Source of the DNA: an uncultured Candidatus Saccharibacteria bacterium
GTDB lineage: Bacteria; Patescibacteriota; Minisyncoccia; Phycocordibacterales; XYD1-FULL-46-19
Direction: 5' to 3'
Assembly (NCBI GenBank): GCA_964639285.1
Contig: CAZXCI010000003.1
Span: 31,187-95,186, forward strand
DNA length: 64,000 bases
Shown here: in pieces, positions 63,888 through 64,000 of the stretch
Position numbering within the stretch: the stretch's first letter is position 1
Layout of the letters: every line of letters begins with the position of its first letter
Made by a program: the position numbers and the translations under genes
Notes under the pieces: model-generated
What the model was told of the DNA's origin: nothing
The model's database searches: none
Seen by the model: the letters and a program-made list of their open reading frames with translations, nothing else

Positions 63888-64000
63888 TGCTAAAGAAATA
63901 TATCTGGGTCAACGGCCCGACTGCGCAGGCAGGCAAAATCGTGCTGGCTAGCAAGCCGGCGGTTTTAGTTAGCGATATCGGTTTTCTCCGTGGGTATGGG
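63887..64000 (+). CDS. Partial (3'-truncated) class IV aminotransferase (IlvE/Dat-like)
   Basis: MLKKYIWVNG...AVLVSDIGFLRGYG matches the class IV N-terminal pattern. Confidence 0.75.
   Translation, partial: MLKKYIWVNGPTAQAGKIVLASKPAVLVSDIGFLRGYG

Noticed and set aside
1-64000. CRISPR array, cas genes, reverse transcriptase/DGR, rRNA
   Set aside because: No regularly spaced repeats, no RT or Cas motifs, and no rRNA-like sequence seen.
1-64000. Genetic code 25 (TGA=Gly)
   Set aside because: ruvB, polA and the M23 gene end at TGA at their expected C-termini, and conserved genes are full length in code 11.

Overview
Chromosomal window from a reduced-genome Patescibacteria (CPR, Parcubacteria-like) bacterium using the standard code (ruvB, polA and the M23 gene end in TGA). 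The taxonomic call is an inference from gene content, the short YebC and MurE, and sparse Shine-Dalgarno sites. The window spans the replication origin (dnaN-dnaA / rpmH-rnpA-yidC) and carries many repair, recombination and housekeeping genes (ruvABC, mutM, xth, UDG, polA, holA, pcrA, xerC-like, pnp, cca, rsmA, tsaE, rpsT, rpsO) plus 9 tRNAs. Directly beside the origin lies a relaxase-less type IV secretion-like locus (pilin, PrgI/VirB3, VirB4, VirB6, a separate VirD4) with three secreted peptidoglycan hydrolases and comM. Non-coding highlights: (1) a ~320-nt multi-domain structured RNA candidate with its own promoter and terminator downstream of xerC; (2) a MITE family (CCCGTTAGA...TCTAACGGG) whose target duplications coincide with gene starts; (3) small palindromic elements inserted in frame into polA, mutM, alkD, xerC, tsaE and an aminotransferase; (4) a parS-like cluster inside cca; (5) an orphan MazF facing a small-RNA-like unit; (6) a fold-back element at the 3' end of tRNA-Pro followed by a RelB/YafQ toxin-antitoxin pair. 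All calls come from reading the sequence by eye; no database searches were run.
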